Notes: generated from the letters alone by a model not told the origin. DNA of 64,000 nt from Candidatus Moraniibacteriota bacterium (GCA_016699975.1 CP064994.1:775828-839827), one strand, 5' to 3'; shown: positions 50,923 through 62,403, counted from the first letter of the stretch. Numbers and translations are program-made.

Positions 50923-51252
50923 CTAGTCGGCTTTCGAAAGAATATTTTCTCCCTTCCCTTCTCCTCCCAAAAAATTCGAGAGTTCGTGTGAAAAATGACT
51001 GTCTCGCTTTCCGATCCATGCAAGCAGCATCGCCGCATGCTCTTTCTCTTCGTCTCGATTATGTTCGAGAATAGCGCGCAGTTCGGTATCATTCGAAGCC
51101 TCCGCTCGCTGATTATACCAATCTATTGCTTCAAGCTCTTCCCGGAGCGAATCGATGGCGCGTTTCATATCGAGCACTTCATGACTGAGTTTCTCGCGTT
51201 CTTCATGCAACATACGCGCGTTCTTACGGATTATTTCTTTCTGCACCTTCAT
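50923..51252 (-). CDS. ferritin-like protein resembling encapsulated ferritin (EncFtn/Flp family)
   Basis: ..LREELEAIDWYNQRAEASNDTELRAILEHNRDEEKEHAAMLLAWI.. (ExxH di-iron ligand motif; pattern recalled from EncFtn proteins). Confidence 0.5.
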   Translation of the reverse strand: MKVQKEIIRKNARMLHEEREKLSHEVLDMKRAIDSLREELEAIDWYNQRAEASNDTELRAILEHNRDEEKEHAAMLLAWIGKRDSHFSHELSNFLGGEGKGENILSKAD

Positions 51253-51287
51253 TGTAACACAGGAATCATAGAGGGAGGAAACTTCTC

Positions 51288-53114
51288 CTATCCCTCTCCG
51301 CGACGCAGCACTTCCAGAAAGGCGGTCGGAGGAATCGTCACCCCTCCTACTTCACGCATTCGCTTCTTCCCCTTCTTTTGCTTTTCCAAAAGTTTTCGTT
51401 TGCGCGTCACATCTCCGCCATAGAGCTTTGCGGTCACATCTTTTCGGAATGCGGAAATGGTTTCGCGAGCAATGACCTTCCCGCCTACGGAGGCCTGGAT
51501 TGCAACGGCAAAGTTGTGCCGCGGAATAACTTCTTTGAGTTTTTCGACTGTCGCTTTTGCCTCGAGGAAAAGTCGCTTCTTCGGCACCATTCGAGAGAAC
51601 GCATCGACCCGTTCATTCGCAACCAAAATATCAAGCCGCTCCACATCGGACGGACGGTAGCCGATATACTCATAGTTCATCGAAGCGAACCCGGAAGAAA
51701 CGCTTTTCAATCGATCATGAAAACCCACAATCACATCCATAAGCGGCGCATCGAACGAGAGAAGCACGCGTTCTTCATCGAGGTACTCGGTATTCTTGTA
51801 TTCGGCACGAATCGACGACGATAAATCGAGAACCGATCCAAGAAACGATGCGGGCGCTACAATTTTAAGATCCACATACGGTTCGTGAATCATTTCGATG
51901 GAGGCGGGGTCGGGCATGTCGGAAGGCGAATACATGGGCACGCGGCCTGATACGTTTCGAAGCTCAATTTCATAGACGACTGACGGCGTGGTAATAGTGG
52001 GCGCGATGTCGAATTCTCGCTCAAGACGCGCCTGAATGATTTCGAGGTGAAGAAGACCGAGAAATCCACACCGAAATCCACGGCCCAATGCAATATTACT
52101 TTCCGGTTCGAACGTGAACGCCGCATCGTTTAACTTGAGTTTATCGAGTGCGTCACGCATGAGGGTATACTCATCACCTTCGACCGGGTAAAGACTCGCA
52201 TACACCATCGGCTTCACTTCCTTGTACCCGGGAAGTGCCTCCACTGGCTCGCTTTTCGCTGGTGAAGTACATGTGATCGTATCGCCAACGCGACAAAACG
52301 AAACATCTTTGAGGCCCGTTGCGATATACCCGATATCGCCCGCGGAAAGTTTGGGCGCGGGAGTAAGCGCGGGACACATGGTGCCCACTTCAATTGCGAG
52401 ACTCTCTCCTTCGGTCGCAAGCATGCGAAGCGAGCTCTCACGTTCAACTTCCCCGTCGACAATACGGACATAGGCAACGACACCTTTGTAACTGTCGTAT
52501 GCCGAGTCGAAAATGAGCGCACGAAGCGGCGAAGTTTCGTCCCCGCTGGGAGACGGCACCCGCTCCACGACTGCGGAAAGGATATCGGGAACCCCACGAC
52601 CCGTCTTCCCCGACGCGAGCAGTATATCCTCTTCGCGACATCCCAAAATGTGTCGCACTTCTTTTTTTGTCTTCTCAATATTAGCGGCTGGAAGATCGAT
52701 TTTGTTGATGACCGGAATGATTTCGAGCTCTTCTTCGATCGCAAGATACAAGTTGGCGAGGGTCTGCGCCTGAACGCCTTTGGTCGCATCGACTAAAAGA
52801 ATGGCGCCCTCGACCGCCGCGAGCGAGCGAGACACTTCATAATGAAAATCGACATGTCCCGGCGTGTCGATCAAATGAAAAAGATAGTCGCCTGTCTCGA
52901 CCGCCGTGCCTTCGTAGTGGTAACGCATGCGAACCGGCTGAAGTTTGATCGTGATACCACGCTCGCGTTCGAGATCCATTTGATCGAGCAGCTGCTCCTT
53001 CATTTTTCGCTTCTCAACTGTCCCCGTCGCCTCCAAAAGCCGATCTGCAAGCGTCGACTTCCCGTGATCGATATGAGCGATAATACAAAAATTTCGAATG
53101 AAGCGGCGGTCCAT
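51288..53114 (-). CDS. lepA: elongation factor 4 (LepA)
   Basis: G-domain AHIDHGKST.., 608 aa, characteristic LepA C-terminal domain. Confidence 0.9.
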   Translation of the reverse strand: MDRRFIRNFCIIAHIDHGKSTLADRLLEATGTVEKRKMKEQLLDQMDLERERGITIKLQPVRMRYHYEGTAVETGDYLFHLIDTPGHVDFHYEVSRSLAAVEGAILLVDATKGVQAQTLANLYLAIEEELEIIPVINKIDLPAANIEKTKKEVRHILGCREEDILLASGKTGRGVPDILSAVVERVPSPSGDETSPLRALIFDSAYDSYKGVVAYVRIVDGEVERESSLRMLATEGESLAIEVGTMCPALTPAPKLSAGDIGYIATGLKDVSFCRVGDTITCTSPAKSEPVEALPGYKEVKPMVYASLYPVEGDEYTLMRDALDKLKLNDAAFTFEPESNIALGRGFRCGFLGLLHLEIIQARLEREFDIAPTITTPSVVYEIELRNVSGRVPMYSPSDMPDPASIEMIHEPYVDLKIVAPASFLGSVLDLSSSIRAEYKNTEYLDEERVLLSFDAPLMDVIVGFHDRLKSVSSGFASMNYEYIGYRPSDVERLDILVANERVDAFSRMVPKKRLFLEAKATVEKLKEVIPRHNFAVAIQASVGGKVIARETISAFRKDVTAKLYGGDVTRKRKLLEKQKKGKKRMREVGGVTIPPTAFLEVLRRGEG

Positions 53115-53338
53115 AGAGGTACGAAAAAAATTCGCCGAAAGAAGCGAAGTGCTTTCTCTTTACCCTAGTATACATCCCATGAAAAGGCAAAGGAGTTCTC
53201 GTCTCTACTGAACACTCCATCGCCTTTGTATTCCTGGGGAAGCAGTGATAGTTAATCTTCACAGCAAAGGAAGGAAGCACTCTCAAAAATTTCGAGAGCC
53301 TTGTCAGCGCTCTTCTTTGAGTGGAGAAATGGTTCTCC

Positions 53339-54982
53339 TTAGACGGTGCCGCGATTCGATTCTTCTTCAGCTTCTTTGAGAACGCCAGGATTCCGCAAAA
53401 ATCGAGAAACAAGAAAAGATCGGACACTTTCCACTTCTTCAACCCGAAAGAGCGACGCGGCAATGAGAAATGCGAAGACACCGAGAAAGCCCGAGAAAAG
53501 GAGCTGGAGCAACACTTCTGCAAAGGTATCGAGCTCGACATTTCCGATCGCAAAAAAGAACTTTCCGGACTGCACCGCTCCCAAAGCAACAAGGGATGCG
53601 AGCGCCATTTTTAAAGTTGCAAAAAAGAACGCTCTCCCTCCCCATCCTTCCATCCGTCTTTTGAGCAGAAAGAAAAGAAGGAATGCATTTACGATACTCG
53701 CCACCGAAAACGAAATCGCAAGCGTGACAGGTCCCCAACTTCCCACAAAGAAAAACAAAACAGCGATATGCACCGCTTCGGAGACGAGCGCCACGAGAAG
53801 TGGTGTTTTGGTATCTTGCAAAGAGAAAAAAGCGCGCGCGAAAAGCGGAGTAAGACTCTGGGCGAAAAGACTTATCGAGAGTGCCCCCAAAATATCAAAC
53901 GTCGCACGCGTGTCTTCCCAATCGAATTCGCCAGTTCCCAAAATGATGCGGACGATTTGCGCGCGAAGCGCGAGCATCAAAACGCTTACCGGCACCACGA
54001 AAAAAAGAACCTGACGACATGTTTTTTCGAGGATCGCCGCAAATTCCACTCGTTTCTCCCGAGCCGCATAGGCAGAAAGAGTCGGAAACGCCGCGAGCGA
54101 GAACGCCACTCCGAAGAGCCCCAGGGGGACGCTCTGAATATTGTTTGCAAGCGTAAACGAAGCAAGCGTTCCCGATGCGAGCGCTGAGGCAAAGAACGTC
54201 ACTGCAACAAAACTGACCTGTCCCACGGCGACCCCCAGCGATCGAGGAATCATAAGGGAGACCACGCGCCACACATCGCGGCGCAGTTCGGCGCCATCAC
54301 GAACAAAAATCCGAAACCCTGCACTTCGGACGCTCGGATACTGAATCGCCGCATGAAGGAGCGTGCCAAAAACGACGCCAAAAGCGAGTCCCGCCGGCCC
54401 CCACAGTTTCGAGAAAAGGAGCACGCCCGTAATGATGCCAACATTATAGAAAACCGGAGCGAGCGAGAACACAAAAAAGTTTCGAAACGAGACAAGGACA
54501 CTTCCAAACACTGCACTCACTCCCAAAAAGACCGGGCCCAGGAGCATAATGCGCGTAAGCATAGTCGTCAGCGCCTGCTTTTCGGGAGAGAATCCCGGAA
54601 CCAACAAACGAACAAGCGACTCTGCAGCAAGAATGGCAAGAAGTGAAATTCCTCCGAGAATGAAAAGAACAAGAAAAAGAATGCCGCTCGACAGCTTCCA
54701 TGCCGCCTCGTCACCGCGCTTTTCGCGAACTTCCGTAAAGATGGGTACGAATGCTGCCGAGAGGGCGCCCGCGATAAGGAGTCCGTAGAGAAAATCGGGG
54801 ATACGAAAAGCGGCATAGTACGCGTCAAGCACATCGCCCGCACCAAACATGCCCGCCAACAGGCGGTCACGAATAAATCCGAGAAGTCGGCTCGCGACAC
54901 CAAAAACCGCGATTACCAAAGCCGCACCGGATACGGTATGATTTTCTTTTCCCCGAAAAATCGAATACAACCATCCCCCCAT
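53339..54982 (-). CDS. murJ: lipid II flippase MurJ (MviN)
   Basis: 14-TM MOP-family profile; N-terminus ..ALVIAVFGVASRLLGFIRDRLLAGMFGAG..; start placed at MGGWLY. Confidence 0.85.
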   Translation of the reverse strand: MGGWLYSIFRGKENHTVSGAALVIAVFGVASRLLGFIRDRLLAGMFGAGDVLDAYYAAFRIPDFLYGLLIAGALSAAFVPIFTEVREKRGDEAAWKLSSGILFLVLFILGGISLLAILAAESLVRLLVPGFSPEKQALTTMLTRIMLLGPVFLGVSAVFGSVLVSFRNFFVFSLAPVFYNVGIITGVLLFSKLWGPAGLAFGVVFGTLLHAAIQYPSVRSAGFRIFVRDGAELRRDVWRVVSLMIPRSLGVAVGQVSFVAVTFFASALASGTLASFTLANNIQSVPLGLFGVAFSLAAFPTLSAYAAREKRVEFAAILEKTCRQVLFFVVPVSVLMLALRAQIVRIILGTGEFDWEDTRATFDILGALSISLFAQSLTPLFARAFFSLQDTKTPLLVALVSEAVHIAVLFFFVGSWGPVTLAISFSVASIVNAFLLFFLLKRRMEGWGGRAFFFATLKMALASLVALGAVQSGKFFFAIGNVELDTFAEVLLQLLFSGFLGVFAFLIAASLFRVEEVESVRSFLVSRFLRNPGVLKEAEEESNRGTV

Positions 54983-54998
54983 AGACGCATTCAAAAAA

Positions 54999-56996
54999 TC
55001 ACAAGTCACGCTCGCCGAACACAACTCCCGAATATCGGTCATGTGTGAGTTTCGTCTCAAATCGAAGACCGCCGTCAAACGGTATCAGATTTTTTTCTGA
55101 TTGCCAAACGACCCTGAGACGTTTCGGAAAACGAAGTTCCGACAAAAGTTCGCTTCCCACCGATCCGGCTTGTTTCTGGAAAATAATGGAGTACGAACCG
55201 CACACGCGATCCGTCCCGCACTCAACACGAAACGGCAATCGGTATCGGTAGGTCACTTCGACCGATTCACCTGGACTCACATAGACCCAGTTCCCGAAGA
55301 CACTCTTTCCCGCATCTTCAGAGATTCGCGTTCCCGAAGCAGGATCAATTTTTGTAACAGCATTCTCCCGCTCGACATCCGGATCGCGAGAAAAACGCAA
55401 TCGATCGTAATCGAGAGGTGCTTCAACCGTCTCTCGTGTATACCCTTCGGCTGAAAGAAGCGTGGAGCCGAGCGGAACATATACACGAAGATAATCCGCA
55501 TTCACCCGATCCCACCACTCGAATCCCGTCTTGCCGCCGCGATGCGTTCGATGAACCGTAACGGTATCAATCACACTTCCATCGTCTTGAATCTGAGAAA
55601 CATGTCTGATGCGTTCGTCTATGACGCCGTCAGTTTTGTATCCGTTAATATTCGTGTGGATGACGCTCAGATAATCTTTTTTTGCAGGAAGCACTTCTCC
55701 CGACCAGCCCGCTTTCGAAATAAGCCGCTCTATGTCGCGATTTCTGCTGTAAAAGAGAATGTGCTTTTCCGCAAGTCCCGCCTCGATCGCAGAAAAGGCG
55801 CGGGCCTTCGTGGCAATATCTGCCTCCTTGCCGAAAATCCGCTCCACAAGAATCGGAGCTAAGTCCGCGAGAATTTCTTTGGGCTTATTTTCCTTTTTAT
55901 CGTACGCTACTTCCACCTGATGCTGAATGAGGGCAAGAAAATTTTTGTCATCGATAGTCACCCCGTACTTTTCCATCCGAATGGGCCCCGTGATCTCAAG
56001 AAACCGTCGCAGCACTTCCGGCGTACACGAAACAACGCCATCAACGGTGGGACCACCTGTCTTCTCGTAAAAATGAATGGCTTTTTCTGCGGATGTCGGA
56101 AAGTCTGGAAACCAGTTGCTGTCGTGAAGACTCCACCCCGCACTCACTTTTTGAAGCGGCATGGGAGGCACGATATCTTCATGAATTTGCCCGTCGGGGT
56201 TAAAAATTCCGTCGACGAAAAATTTGCGCACTCGTCCGTTTGCCATATCAAGAAATGCGTAACTCCCAATAAACCCGCCCGTCGCTCGCATTTCGTGATT
56301 GTTTTGAAAGAGAAAGAGAAAACTTCTTGGACCATTCCCGCCAAGCATATCGGAGAACACTTCGCTGTGATCCACAAAAACTCGCATGCCAGCGACCGCT
56401 TCCGGAAGTCGGTTTTTTAGTCTGAGGAACGTTTCACGTTTGTCTTCCGGAAGATCATTCACCGAAACTTTTTCAATACTCGACAGAGCGCGCGAGAGGA
56501 GTTCTTCCGTCGTGCGAAGATCTCCCTCGATCGAACGAAACACGTCGAGAAAAGATCGGTGAGAAGCGTCGAGCGGATTGTCGAGAGATGATATCGTCTT
56601 CCCGACGCGCGTCATGGATTCTCCGGCTGCCGCGATATCGCGAGCGGCCTCTACCAAGTTTTTCCCTGAAGAAATTTTCGAAAGGACCGGGAGAAATCGA
56701 GTGCCTTCGATGAGGGTCTCGTTCCACTGACCAAAGAGACTCGATGCTTCCGAAAAAGAAGCGAACGCATTCTGAAAGGACTGCCCCGAAGCAGAAAAAT
56801 CCCGCAGCTTCACATCTTCAATCGCACGGGAAAGTTCTCCGTATCCATCGGTTGCCGCGCCCAACACCTTCCCCTGAAATACGAATCCACTTCGAACAAC
56901 ACGAACTCCAAAAAATCCGAGAACCAGAAAAGAGAGAAGAAGAACAGTAATCGCGACCACTCGAGGATGTGAAAACAATATTCGTACTCGAGACAT
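54999..56996 (-). CDS. DUF4012 domain-containing protein (membrane-anchored, extracytoplasmic)
   Basis: ..LFLFQNNHEMRATGGFIGSYAFL.. DUF4012 core; start placed at MSRVRIL (TM follows); ORF extends to 57299 but upstream part is S/P-rich and probably untranslated. Confidence 0.65.
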   Translation of the reverse strand: MSRVRILFSHPRVVAITVLLLSFLVLGFFGVRVVRSGFVFQGKVLGAATDGYGELSRAIEDVKLRDFSASGQSFQNAFASFSEASSLFGQWNETLIEGTRFLPVLSKISSGKNLVEAARDIAAAGESMTRVGKTISSLDNPLDASHRSFLDVFRSIEGDLRTTEELLSRALSSIEKVSVNDLPEDKRETFLRLKNRLPEAVAGMRVFVDHSEVFSDMLGGNGPRSFLFLFQNNHEMRATGGFIGSYAFLDMANGRVRKFFVDGIFNPDGQIHEDIVPPMPLQKVSAGWSLHDSNWFPDFPTSAEKAIHFYEKTGGPTVDGVVSCTPEVLRRFLEITGPIRMEKYGVTIDDKNFLALIQHQVEVAYDKKENKPKEILADLAPILVERIFGKEADIATKARAFSAIEAGLAEKHILFYSRNRDIERLISKAGWSGEVLPAKKDYLSVIHTNINGYKTDGVIDERIRHVSQIQDDGSVIDTVTVHRTHRGGKTGFEWWDRVNADYLRVYVPLGSTLLSAEGYTRETVEAPLDYDRLRFSRDPDVERENAVTKIDPASGTRISEDAGKSVFGNWVYVSPGESVEVTYRYRLPFRVECGTDRVCGSYSIIFQKQAGSVGSELLSELRFPKRLRVVWQSEKNLIPFDGGLRFETKLTHDRYSGVVFGERDL

Positions 56997-57376
56997 TTTC
57001 GACGCACACGAAAACCACAAAGAGGTGAAATTACGACGAAATGCCGAAGATGATCCCGGCTTCTTTGGCACGGAGAAAGGAGGGCGAATGTCTGGTGGTC
57101 GAGACGATGGTGGCGCAACTATTTTTCGAGAAAGAGCAGGCACCGTTTCTCTGGAAGAAGATGCGCTTGGAAGAAAAGGGGTCGAGTGTGATTTCGGAGT
57201 TGACGAAGGCAATCGAACACCATCCAAGCGTCGCGACTTCCCGCGAATATCACTCATGCGCCGATTCGAAGAAGGAGAAGAAAATGTCGGTTCGAGCATA
57301 GAATTCGCAAAGAAGAACGTCAGTCAAAAACGAAAGCTTTTCTTGGAGGAAGCACGGGTTGCCCCTCTTCCCTTTG

Positions 57377-58573
57377 TCAGTCGCTGTGCCCGCTTTCCCC
57401 CAAAGGTTCTCGAGAAATCGATACCGCCGATTCGTATATCGGAAGTGTTTCACGCCCCATCCGTTCCCAGGAAAATTCCGCCGCACGTCGAAACCCATCG
57501 TGCCGAAGCGAGTGGCGAAGCGATTCGTCCTCCCAGAGCGTTTCGAGCGCAGATCGAAGATCGCTCTTTTGCTCCGGATCAAAAAAGAGAGCGGCACTCC
57601 CCAAAATTTCGGGAAAGGCGGCGGCACGTGCCGCAAGAACGGGCGAACCCTTCATCATCGCTTCAAGAGGCGGAAGACCGAACCCCTCGTAGCGGGAAGG
57701 AAAGACCGAGAGACGAGCCCTTTTGTAGAGACTGTCGAGTTCGTCGTCCGGCACAAACCCGGCAAAAATCACCGAGGAAAGATTCCGCTCTTTCGCGAAT
57801 CGCTTGAGTCGTTTATAGAAATAGTCGTCACGTCCAACGAGAATGAGTCGTACTTCCCGATCAGGAAAATTCGCAAATGCCTGGAGAAGAGATTCGAGAT
57901 TTTTATGGGGATAGGCATTTCCCACATACAGCGCATACGGACGTAGTATATCATGCGAGTTTGTGTTTGAAGGAGAGGAAAGGAGATCAAGTCGCGAAAA
58001 AAGTGCCTGCTCCCTTTCGGGCGAAAGCAAAAAACAAAACGGATGAGCCGCTTCATAGGTAACGGAAATTCGCTCAGGAGAAACCTCGTACCGGTCAAGA
58101 ATATCGCGCTTGGTATAGTTCGAGACAGTGATCACTCTTTTTGCCCGCAGAAGCGCACTTCGGATAACGATACGGTACGCATAAAATTTGAGTCGGTAAA
58201 AAAAAGGACTGAGCGTTGTTGATCGAAGCGTCGGAAACCGAAGAAGAATGAGATCGTGCACCGTCACAACAAACGGACGTCGGTACAAAAGTGGCACATT
58301 GAAGTGAGGGAAATGCACCACATCGCAGGCCTCTCGCCACAGGAGCCATGGGAAAAAAATTTGCTCCTCAAAAGAATACCACGAAAAATCCGCGATCACT
58401 TTTCGAAATCGTGGATTTTTTGGAATGTATTCGTGAAAATTTTCTTGACGAAGAAAGATGACGTACTCGTTTTTCGAGTCAATCGCTTCGAGCGACTGAA
58501 TGAGCTCCGCCGTATACCGACCAAGCCCTTTCCCGAGAGGTCCGTAGAATCGTGCGTCAATGCCGATCTTCAT
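57377..58573 (-). CDS. glycosyltransferase family 4
   Basis: ..[36 protein letters not shown]..; start at MKIGIDARFYG. Confidence 0.8.
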   Translation of the reverse strand: MKIGIDARFYGPLGKGLGRYTAELIQSLEAIDSKNEYVIFLRQENFHEYIPKNPRFRKVIADFSWYSFEEQIFFPWLLWREACDVVHFPHFNVPLLYRRPFVVTVHDLILLRFPTLRSTTLSPFFYRLKFYAYRIVIRSALLRAKRVITVSNYTKRDILDRYEVSPERISVTYEAAHPFCFLLSPEREQALFSRLDLLSSPSNTNSHDILRPYALYVGNAYPHKNLESLLQAFANFPDREVRLILVGRDDYFYKRLKRFAKERNLSSVIFAGFVPDDELDSLYKRARLSVFPSRYEGFGLPPLEAMMKGSPVLAARAAAFPEILGSAALFFDPEQKSDLRSALETLWEDESLRHSLRHDGFRRAAEFSWERMGRETLPIYESAVSISREPLGESGHSD

Positions 58574-58964
58574 ATCGTTTTCGGAAATACCGTACTCCTC
58601 TCCAAAAAGTAAGAACCGAATGCGAATTGGGAATCGTTTGGTTCCGAGATAAAATAAACTGAGCAATCCCCAACCACCAGAATCCCTTCCCCAGAAAAGC
58701 GAGTCGCTCTCTTTCATCCCGAACCAAGGAGAAAAGGCTTCGAAAAATATGTATCACGAAACTTCTTTCCTCTCGCCGATTTTCTTCGCGGCGCAGCGTG
58801 TGACACCAGGGAAAACGAAAAGAAAGCGAGCGCGGTATGAATATTCCCAACAAGCAACTCAAACATCATCATCGAAAAGCAAGGATGGGTTGCCCTTCGA
58901 GCAAGGAAGCTCCCAGCGACCAGAGAAGTCGGGAAAACATTCCTCCACCGAGAGCAGCGGGAAG

Positions 58965-60242
58965 TTATGGTCTTCCGGGATTCTGAATTGCAAGCAAGCG
59001 ATTGTACTTTGAAAGACGCTCTCCGCGGGAGAGTGACCCGGTTTTGATGCAGTCTGCCGACGCGCCCACGGCAAGGTCGGCAATGAAGTCATCATTCGTT
59101 TCTCCTGATCGGTGTGAGACCACTGTCTTCAATCCATGTGCTTTCGCAAGACACATCGTCTCGATCGTCTCGGAAAGCGTACCGATTTGATTTGGCTTGA
59201 TGAGAACGGCATTACAGGCGTTTCGATCAATCGCTTCACGCACTCGTTTCGAATTTGTCACCAAAAGATCATCTCCGATCAAGAGGATGTCCTTCCCTTT
59301 CCCGAATCGCTCGCAGTGAATCGTCCATCCTTCCCAATCTCCTTCAAAGAGCGCGTCTTCGATCGAAACAAGATGATATTTTTCGATCCATTCGGCATAC
59401 ACATTGAGGAGCTGCTCTCGAGAGAGTCGCACACCTTCTGGTTCGAGCGCATATACAGCATCGGAAGGAACATAAAAAGAATTTGCGGCGGCGTCGATAC
59501 CAAGAAAAATGTCTTTTCCAGCAACGTAGCCTGCCTTTTCGATCGCCGCGAGAAGCATTTCGAATGCCTGCACATGACTCTCAAGACGCGGCGCGAATCC
59601 GCCCTCGTCGCCAACTCCCACGCTGTATCCTGCTTTTGCCAAAATTCCCCGGAGCGCATGAAAAATTTCGCTTCCAGCACGAAGCTGATCGTCGTACTGC
59701 GAAATTCCTTTCGGAAAGAGCTTGAATTCCTGAACCGATAATCCAGAATCGCTGTGCTGACCGCCATTCAACACATTGAACATGGGGATCGGGAAAACCG
59801 AAGCAGTATCGAGCTGCGCCTCTTCTTCGAAAAGCGATCGAATATACAGAAAGAGCGGCACCTCGCGGCTCATCGAAGCCGCACGCGCAACAGCAAGTGA
59901 GATCCCGAGAATCGCATTCGCTCCGAGTCGAGATTTATTCTCGGTGCCATCAAGTTCGCACATCGCTTTATCGATATCGTTTTGCTCGAACACATCCATG
60001 CCAAGAAGTTTCTCGCGAAGCACACCATTCACATGGGACACCGCTTTCAAGACACCCTTCCCTCCATAGCGCGATTCGTCCCCATCCCGAAGCTCGACCG
60101 CTTCAAGTGACCCCGTCGAGGCGCCCGATGGGACTCCTGCAATCGCAACAATGCCATTATCGAGCGAGACCGCAACCTCCACGGTCGGATTTCCTCGAGA
60201 GTCGAGAATTTCTCGACCACGAATATCAGTAAGAGATGCCAT
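58965..60242 (-). CDS. eno: enolase (phosphopyruvate hydratase)
   Basis: MASLTDIRGREILDSRGNPTVEV.. 425 aa, full set of enolase motifs. Confidence 0.9.
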   Translation of the reverse strand: MASLTDIRGREILDSRGNPTVEVAVSLDNGIVAIAGVPSGASTGSLEAVELRDGDESRYGGKGVLKAVSHVNGVLREKLLGMDVFEQNDIDKAMCELDGTENKSRLGANAILGISLAVARAASMSREVPLFLYIRSLFEEEAQLDTASVFPIPMFNVLNGGQHSDSGLSVQEFKLFPKGISQYDDQLRAGSEIFHALRGILAKAGYSVGVGDEGGFAPRLESHVQAFEMLLAAIEKAGYVAGKDIFLGIDAAANSFYVPSDAVYALEPEGVRLSREQLLNVYAEWIEKYHLVSIEDALFEGDWEGWTIHCERFGKGKDILLIGDDLLVTNSKRVREAIDRNACNAVLIKPNQIGTLSETIETMCLAKAHGLKTVVSHRSGETNDDFIADLAVGASADCIKTGSLSRGERLSKYNRLLAIQNPGRP

Positions 60243-60519
60243 AGAAATACGTTATCTGAAAAATATTACCCTGCAAATTTTAAATGCTGCGTTTTCCGAA
60301 TCGAATTCCCAGTCTCGAACGAGAAACAAAAACCCCTGATCTTGATTTTCATTCACCCTTTCAAAAATTTCATTTGGGGAAGGAAACGATGAACCGCCTC
60401 TCCGAGATCTGTTTTAGAAATTCTTCCTCTCAAAATTTCGAATCGTCCCGAGAATTATTCGCTGAAATTCAAAGAACGGAAAAGTTTTCAGAAAATGAAA
60501 GAAAACTCCCCGAAATATT

Positions 60520-60897
60520 TTACGATGACGACTTCCTTGACGATTCCGGCAGTACTTCCAACTCCTCCAAAAATCCCCGATACAAACTGAGGACTCGAAC
60601 GGCCTCAGGACGATCAATCGAAAATTCAGATTTGGAACGAGACAGGAGCCGTGATTCAATCTCTTGCCACCGACGAAGAAGCACGCGTTCAGACGCAAAG
60701 GGCCGCTCTTTTGTCCCAAAGCGACCCTTCTTCATATCGGCACGAAAGGGGCGAAGAAAAAAGAGAAGTACGATATCGAGAAAGAGTACCAATGAGTAGA
60801 CCGCGAGAAAACCAAGGAGAAGCGAAAACGTCATGGACTGACGAATCGCTTTCCAGATTTCTGTCACCGTCGAAATAAAATCGCCGGAAGTTTCCAT
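60520..60897 (-). CDS. possible small membrane protein (single TM), hypothetical
   Basis: ORF 60520..60924 between gatA and eno, co-directional; TM MTFSLLLGFLAVYSLVLFLDIVLLFFL. Confidence 0.3.
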   Translation of the reverse strand: METSGDFISTVTEIWKAIRQSMTFSLLLGFLAVYSLVLFLDIVLLFFLRPFRADMKKGRFGTKERPFASERVLLRRWQEIESRLLSRSKSEFSIDRPEAVRVLSLYRGFLEELEVLPESSRKSSS

Positions 60898-60920
60898 GGT
60901 GGTAAACGGAGCATGAAAAA

Positions 60921-62400
60921 TCAAACAAGGCTTTGGTCGAGATCCGGATTCTGTCCGGCATTCGATCGTTCGAACGCGAAGGCGGCATTCAGTATTCCTT
61001 CCTCATCAAACCACTTTCCCATAAGTTGTCCCCCAATCGGAAGAGGCGTCCCGTCTTCTTCCATAGTCCCGATCGGAAACGAAATCGCGGGAATTCCCAC
61101 CAAATTTGCTGTCACGGTATAGATATCCGAAAGATACATAGCAAGTGGGTCCTCTGTTTTCTCGCCAAAGCGAAATGCCGCTTCCGGCGCCGTGGGAGAA
61201 AAAATAAAATCAACATCCAAAAAAGCTCGTTCAAATTGGTGCCGAAGAAGCGCGCACTTTTTGCGCTTTGAGATAAAACTTATCTGCGTACCCCGCAGAG
61301 AGCGCGTAGGTTCCGAGCATAATGCGGCGTTTTGCCTCAGATCCGAAACCATATTCTCGACTATCGAGATACGTTTCGAAAAGAGCGGAGGAATCGACTG
61401 AGGACGGCTCCTCATTGTCAACAGAAAGTCCGAAGCGAATACCATCTAAGCGTGCCAAATTCGAACTTACTTCCGCCGGCATGAGAATATAGTAGATGGG
61501 AAGCGCTGCCTCAAGAAACGAAAATGAAAGCGGTACGATATGCGCGCCGAGCGATTCGAAACGGTTGATTGCCGCTTGGGCAAGCGCGTACACGCGCTTA
61601 TCGAGCGTTTCGGTAAAATATTCTTTGGGAATGCCGATTCGCTTTCCCACAATATCGCCGGTCAAGAAATTTTCGAATCGTTTCCCGCCGCTTTCTGCGG
61701 TCGTTGCGTCCATCGGATCTTCTCCTGCAATACGAGAGAGCACGATCGCCGCATCTTGAACGCTCTTCGTGAGGGGCCCAATTTGGTCAAGGCTTGAGGC
61801 CATCGCCAAAAGTCCATGGCGAGAAACACGTCCATAGGTAGGTTTGAGTCCCACAATGCCGCAAAATGAAGCTGGCTGGCGAATCGATCCCCCAGTATCG
61901 GAGCCAAGAGCCCATACCGCAAGATCCCCCGCAACTGCTGCTGCCGAACCACCCGAAGAACCGCCCGGCACTCGCGACAGATCGTGAGGATTCCTCGTCG
62001 GATGATAGGCGCTCGACTCGGTGGAAGAGCCAAACGCAAATTCATCCATATTGGTCTTCCCCAAGAAAACCGCGCCCACGTCCCGCAGATCCTTCACCAC
62101 GGTCGCATCGTACGGCGCCACATAATTGTCGAGTATTTTTGAAGCGGCCGTCGTCCGCAGGCCTTTGACGCACAAGTTATCTTTGAGTGCTCCCGGGATA
62201 CCCGCCATAAGATCGACATTCTCCCCTCGTCGAATTCGCTCGTCCACTTCGTGCGAGGCGCGAAGGGCCTCTTCTTTCATGAGAGTAAGATACGCCCCAA
62301 TATCGGGATCTCGCTTTTCGATCGCCTCAAAATATGTCTCTGTCAAGCGTACAGAGGTCGTCTTACCGTTCGTCAGTTCTTGATGAAGATGCCGAATCAT
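60921..62400 (-). CDS. gatA: Asp-tRNA(Asn)/Glu-tRNA(Gln) amidotransferase subunit A, interrupted by one apparent frameshift
   Basis: N-terminal ORF 61231..62400 (amidase signature GGSSGGSAAAVA..GSDTGGSIRQPA) and C-terminal ORF 60921..61445 (..AMYLSDIYTVTANLVGIPAISFPIG..) in different frames; break at t5 run about 61250. Confidence 0.8.
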
Positions 62401-62403
62401 ATT

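Noticed and set aside
60284-60799. 171-aa plus-strand ORF between eno and gatA
   Set aside because: Low-complexity S/R-rich translation on the opposite strand of a more plausible small membrane-protein ORF, with no RBS. Judged non-coding.
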